Shown: positions 61,557 to 64,000 of the stretch, one piece after another | Layout of the letters: each line of letters begins with the position of its first letter | Numbering within the stretch: the stretch's first letter is position 1 | Source of the DNA: Syntrophorhabdaceae bacterium | GTDB lineage: Bacteria; Desulfobacterota; Syntrophorhabdia; Syntrophorhabdales; Syntrophorhabdaceae | NCBI GenBank assembly: GCA_963665295.1 | Contig: OY762209.1 | Location: 1,056,001-1,120,000, forward strand | DNA: 64,000 bases | Direction: 5' to 3' | Translations under genes and position numbers: made by a program | The notes under the pieces: generated by a model | What the model was told of the DNA's origin: nothing | Database searches by the model: none | Seen by the model: only the letters and a program-made list of their open reading frames with translations

Positions 61557-62776
61557 GTGTCACATCACACTTGTAATGTCGTATAGTATGATATAGAATC
61601 TCCTCAAGGGTTAAATTTCACCATGGGGAGGTCAGAATGATAAAATATAGGGTGGCGCTCGAAAGAGAAGAGCGAAAGGAACTTGAAGGCGTGGTGCAAA
61701 AAGGAAATCATAAAGCCCAAAAGGTGCTCAATGCGCTGGTTCTTCTCAATTGCGATCAGGGCCGGTTCCAGGACCACCCGATGAAGAACGAGGATATATC
61801 GGCAGTGTTGCGAATCAGCATGCGTAAGATAGATAGAGTAAAAAAGCGATTCGTGGAAGAAGGACTTGAGACTGCCCTTACCGGACACAAAGCAGAGCGA
61901 GTCTACGAGAAGAAGGCGGATGGCGATTTCGAGGCCCACCTCATTGCCTTGAGCTGTAGCGAACCACCAGAAGGTTTTGCGAGGTGGACCTTGCGTATGC
62001 TCGCGAACCGGGCCGTAGCGCTCAATTATATCGAGAATATCTCCTATGAAACCGTGCGTCGGGTTTTAAAAAAACGAAACAAAACCCTGGAAGCAGCAAG
62101 GATGGGTCATTCCACCGGAGGGCAATGCTGATTTCGTCGCCGCCATGGAGAACGTACTCGATGTATATAAACGCCCGTATGATAAAAGATTCCCGGTGGT
62201 CTGTATGGATGAAACCCCAAGACAACTGATCAAAGAAACGCGTACCCCGATTCCCCGCGCTCCGGGACGGCTCGAGCGTCACGACTACGAATACGAGCGA
62301 TGTGGCGTCTGTACCGTATTTATGGCCAACGAACCATTGGCGGGCACGCGCCTGACCAAGGTATCGGAAAGGAGAACGAAGCGCGACTGGGCGGAGTTCA
62401 TCCGGGAACTTTCAGGACGGTATGGAAAGGCCAAAAGGATCACCCTTGTCATGGATAACCTGAACACCCATAAACCCGGCTCTCTTTATGAAGCCTTTTC
62501 TCCCGAAGAGGCCAAACGCATCTGGGACCGCTTTGAATTCGTCTATACTCCCAAACATGGAAGCTGGCTCAATATGGCGGAGATTGAGCTTAACGTGCTC
62601 ATTCATCAATGCCTGAGTCGCCGGATCGACACTCTCGCCGAGGTCCACTCCGCCGTGTCTGCCTGGCAGGCCCATCGCGACAATCTCAACGCAAAGGTGA
62701 ACTGGCAATTTACTACTAAGGATGCGCGGGTGAAACTTAGGCGACTTTATCCGACATTAGATGAGTGACGTGACAC
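61557..62776 (+). mobile_element. IS630-family insertion sequence, apparently complete
   Basis: TA at 61555-56 and 62777-78; terminal IRs GTGTCACATCACACTTGTAATGTCG vs GTGTCACGTCACTCATCTAATGTCG (reverse complement of right end). Confidence 0.92.
61637..62768 (+). CDS. IS630 transposase in two frames (probable programmed -1 frameshift at A7, 62068-62074)
   Basis: HTH part 61637-62131 (RWTLRML); DDE part with CMDE, VMDNLNTH, WLNMAE. Confidence 0.88.
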
Positions 62777-62896
62777 TAGGGGACATCCAGGTTCCTGAGA
62801 AGTAACCGCCCTTTCCGGACCGGTTCGAGGTCTGGGGCTTTGGCAAAAGAGATCGGGTTGAGGTGCTCATGTCCCGTGTCAAGGGCTGACCCCTAG

Positions 62897-63136
62897 GCCA
62901 CGCCAAAAGAAGCCGTTTCACAGGTCAGAAACCTTGCCGAAAAGCTGGCCATCGAGGAGGCAAAAGGGGCTGGCGAAGAGATTATGAAAGGCGCAATAAA
63001 GGATACAGCTCGTCCAGAAAAGATATGGCAGAAGATGCAACATATACATGAGTGTCTTGATGGCTCCAAGATCAACGTGCATTTCTGGAGGAACAGAATT
63101 ACTGGCGCAGAAGGGGGATTTAAGATTAAAAGATAA
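62897..63136 (+). pseudogene. Orphan polymorphic-toxin C-terminal tip
   Basis: Open frame with no start at its 5' end: RNLAEKLAIEEAKGAGEEIMKG...WQKMQHIH...NVHFWRNRITG...FKIKR-stop, followed by GGAG and next gene. Confidence 0.6.
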
Positions 63137-63147
63137 GGAGTAAATGG

Positions 63148-63714
63148 ATGAGAGTGAAATGCATCGAGAACATGGTTGAGAGACTGCCGAGCGATAGCGT
63201 AATACCCTATTTCGGAGTTAACGCTGAAAGGAAATTTCATGTGTTGCCCCAAAAAGAGTATATTGTTTACGCTATCATGATGGTTGGATATTATCCGTGG
63301 TATTTGCTGTGCGATGAGTGGTATACCCATTATCCCAACGCTAATCCGTGCCAATCATTTGATGTTGTCGATAACCGAATCTCCAGGCATTGGAGATTCG
63401 GTTATCGTAAGGGAGGTTCTCACGATGACAGCTATACTGTCTTCGCTTTCAAAGAATGGATAGAAAATCCATACTATTATGATGAACTGACCGATGGCGA
63501 AGAAGGGGCTGTAGCAATCTTCAGGAGGTATAAAGCTCTCATGGATCTTGAATTTCCTGATCCAACAGTCAATAGGGTCGGAAAATCGTTGGCCGATAAC
63601 TGGATATTGTGTCCGTGCTCTGAAAGCCTGGAGGTATCATCGAAGGACGCGATGGCTAGGTGCCCCGCATGTGGAGAATTGATGCATAATCCCATATATT
63701 CTGAAGATTGTTGA
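63148..63714 (+). CDS. Hypothetical protein, candidate immunity protein with C-terminal Zn ribbon
   Basis: AT-rich, aromatic-rich, YYDELTDG, CPC...CPAC; starts 11 nt after the toxin tip. Confidence 0.65.
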   Translation: MRVKCIENMVERLPSDSVIPYFGVNAERKFHVLPQKEYIVYAIMMVGYYPWYLLCDEWYTHYPNANPCQSFDVVDNRISRHWRFGYRKGGSHDDSYTVFAFKEWIENPYYYDELTDGEEGAVAIFRRYKALMDLEFPDPTVNRVGKSLADNWILCPCSESLEVSSKDAMARCPACGELMHNPIYSEDC

Positions 63715-64000
63715 ATAACAGACAAAGGGAAACCAAAGGAGTCGCCCTTGACGACCTGTTGCCCAAATTCCACCCTTTGTTCCCCTTAAGGGGCTCATTA
63801 ATTCATCAAATGCTCTTGTTATGCAGTCTCTTTCAATACAATGCACAAGAGGTGAGGCCACCTGAAACTATGAATCCGGCTGGTTCGTTTCGGTAAGGAG
63901 GGGGGTCATTAGGGAGTAACAGTTTAGTCCTCCACCTCCGACCAGTTCATCAACTAGAATTGCGATACAGAGCCCTCTGTGCGGTCTTCGTGTCGGAAGT

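Noticed and set aside
61529..63916. Shared GAGGGGG-N-TTAGGGAG motif at ~61529 and ~63898 as a cassette recombination site
   Set aside because: Two short purine-rich matches only; not distinguishable from chance

Overview
Chromosomal window from an anaerobic deltaproteobacterium-like organism (Syntrophorhabdus-like gene content; taxonomy is inference) that spans the probable replication origin. Left arm (minus strand): dnaA-dnaN-gyrB-coaE-rho-rpmE-prfA-prmC-murA-hisD-hisG-hisB-hisH, a cheY-MCP-cheW cluster and a PocR-domain sensor. Right of the origin: ileS-lspA, then a ~12 kb defence island (SNF2 helicase, four-helix-bundle/IVP protein, type III-like Mod, RhuM, Res). After that come metabolic genes, a decayed heavy-metal RND operon, the mercury-methylation pair hgcAB with a MarR regulator, a 2-oxoacid:ferredoxin oxidoreductase operon, and polymorphic-toxin relics with an IS630. 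The most striking unexplained signal is a family of 7-nt (CAATGAN-type) repeat arrays in the defence island. They precede the four-helix-bundle gene, form three ~107-bp hairpin units that supply the ribosome-binding site of mod, and recur as an in-frame hairpin inside mod. Small ORFs missing from the ORF track include a zinc-ribbon protein with a possible C-terminal selenocysteine, a RAPP-motif leader peptide and an orphan toxin tip.
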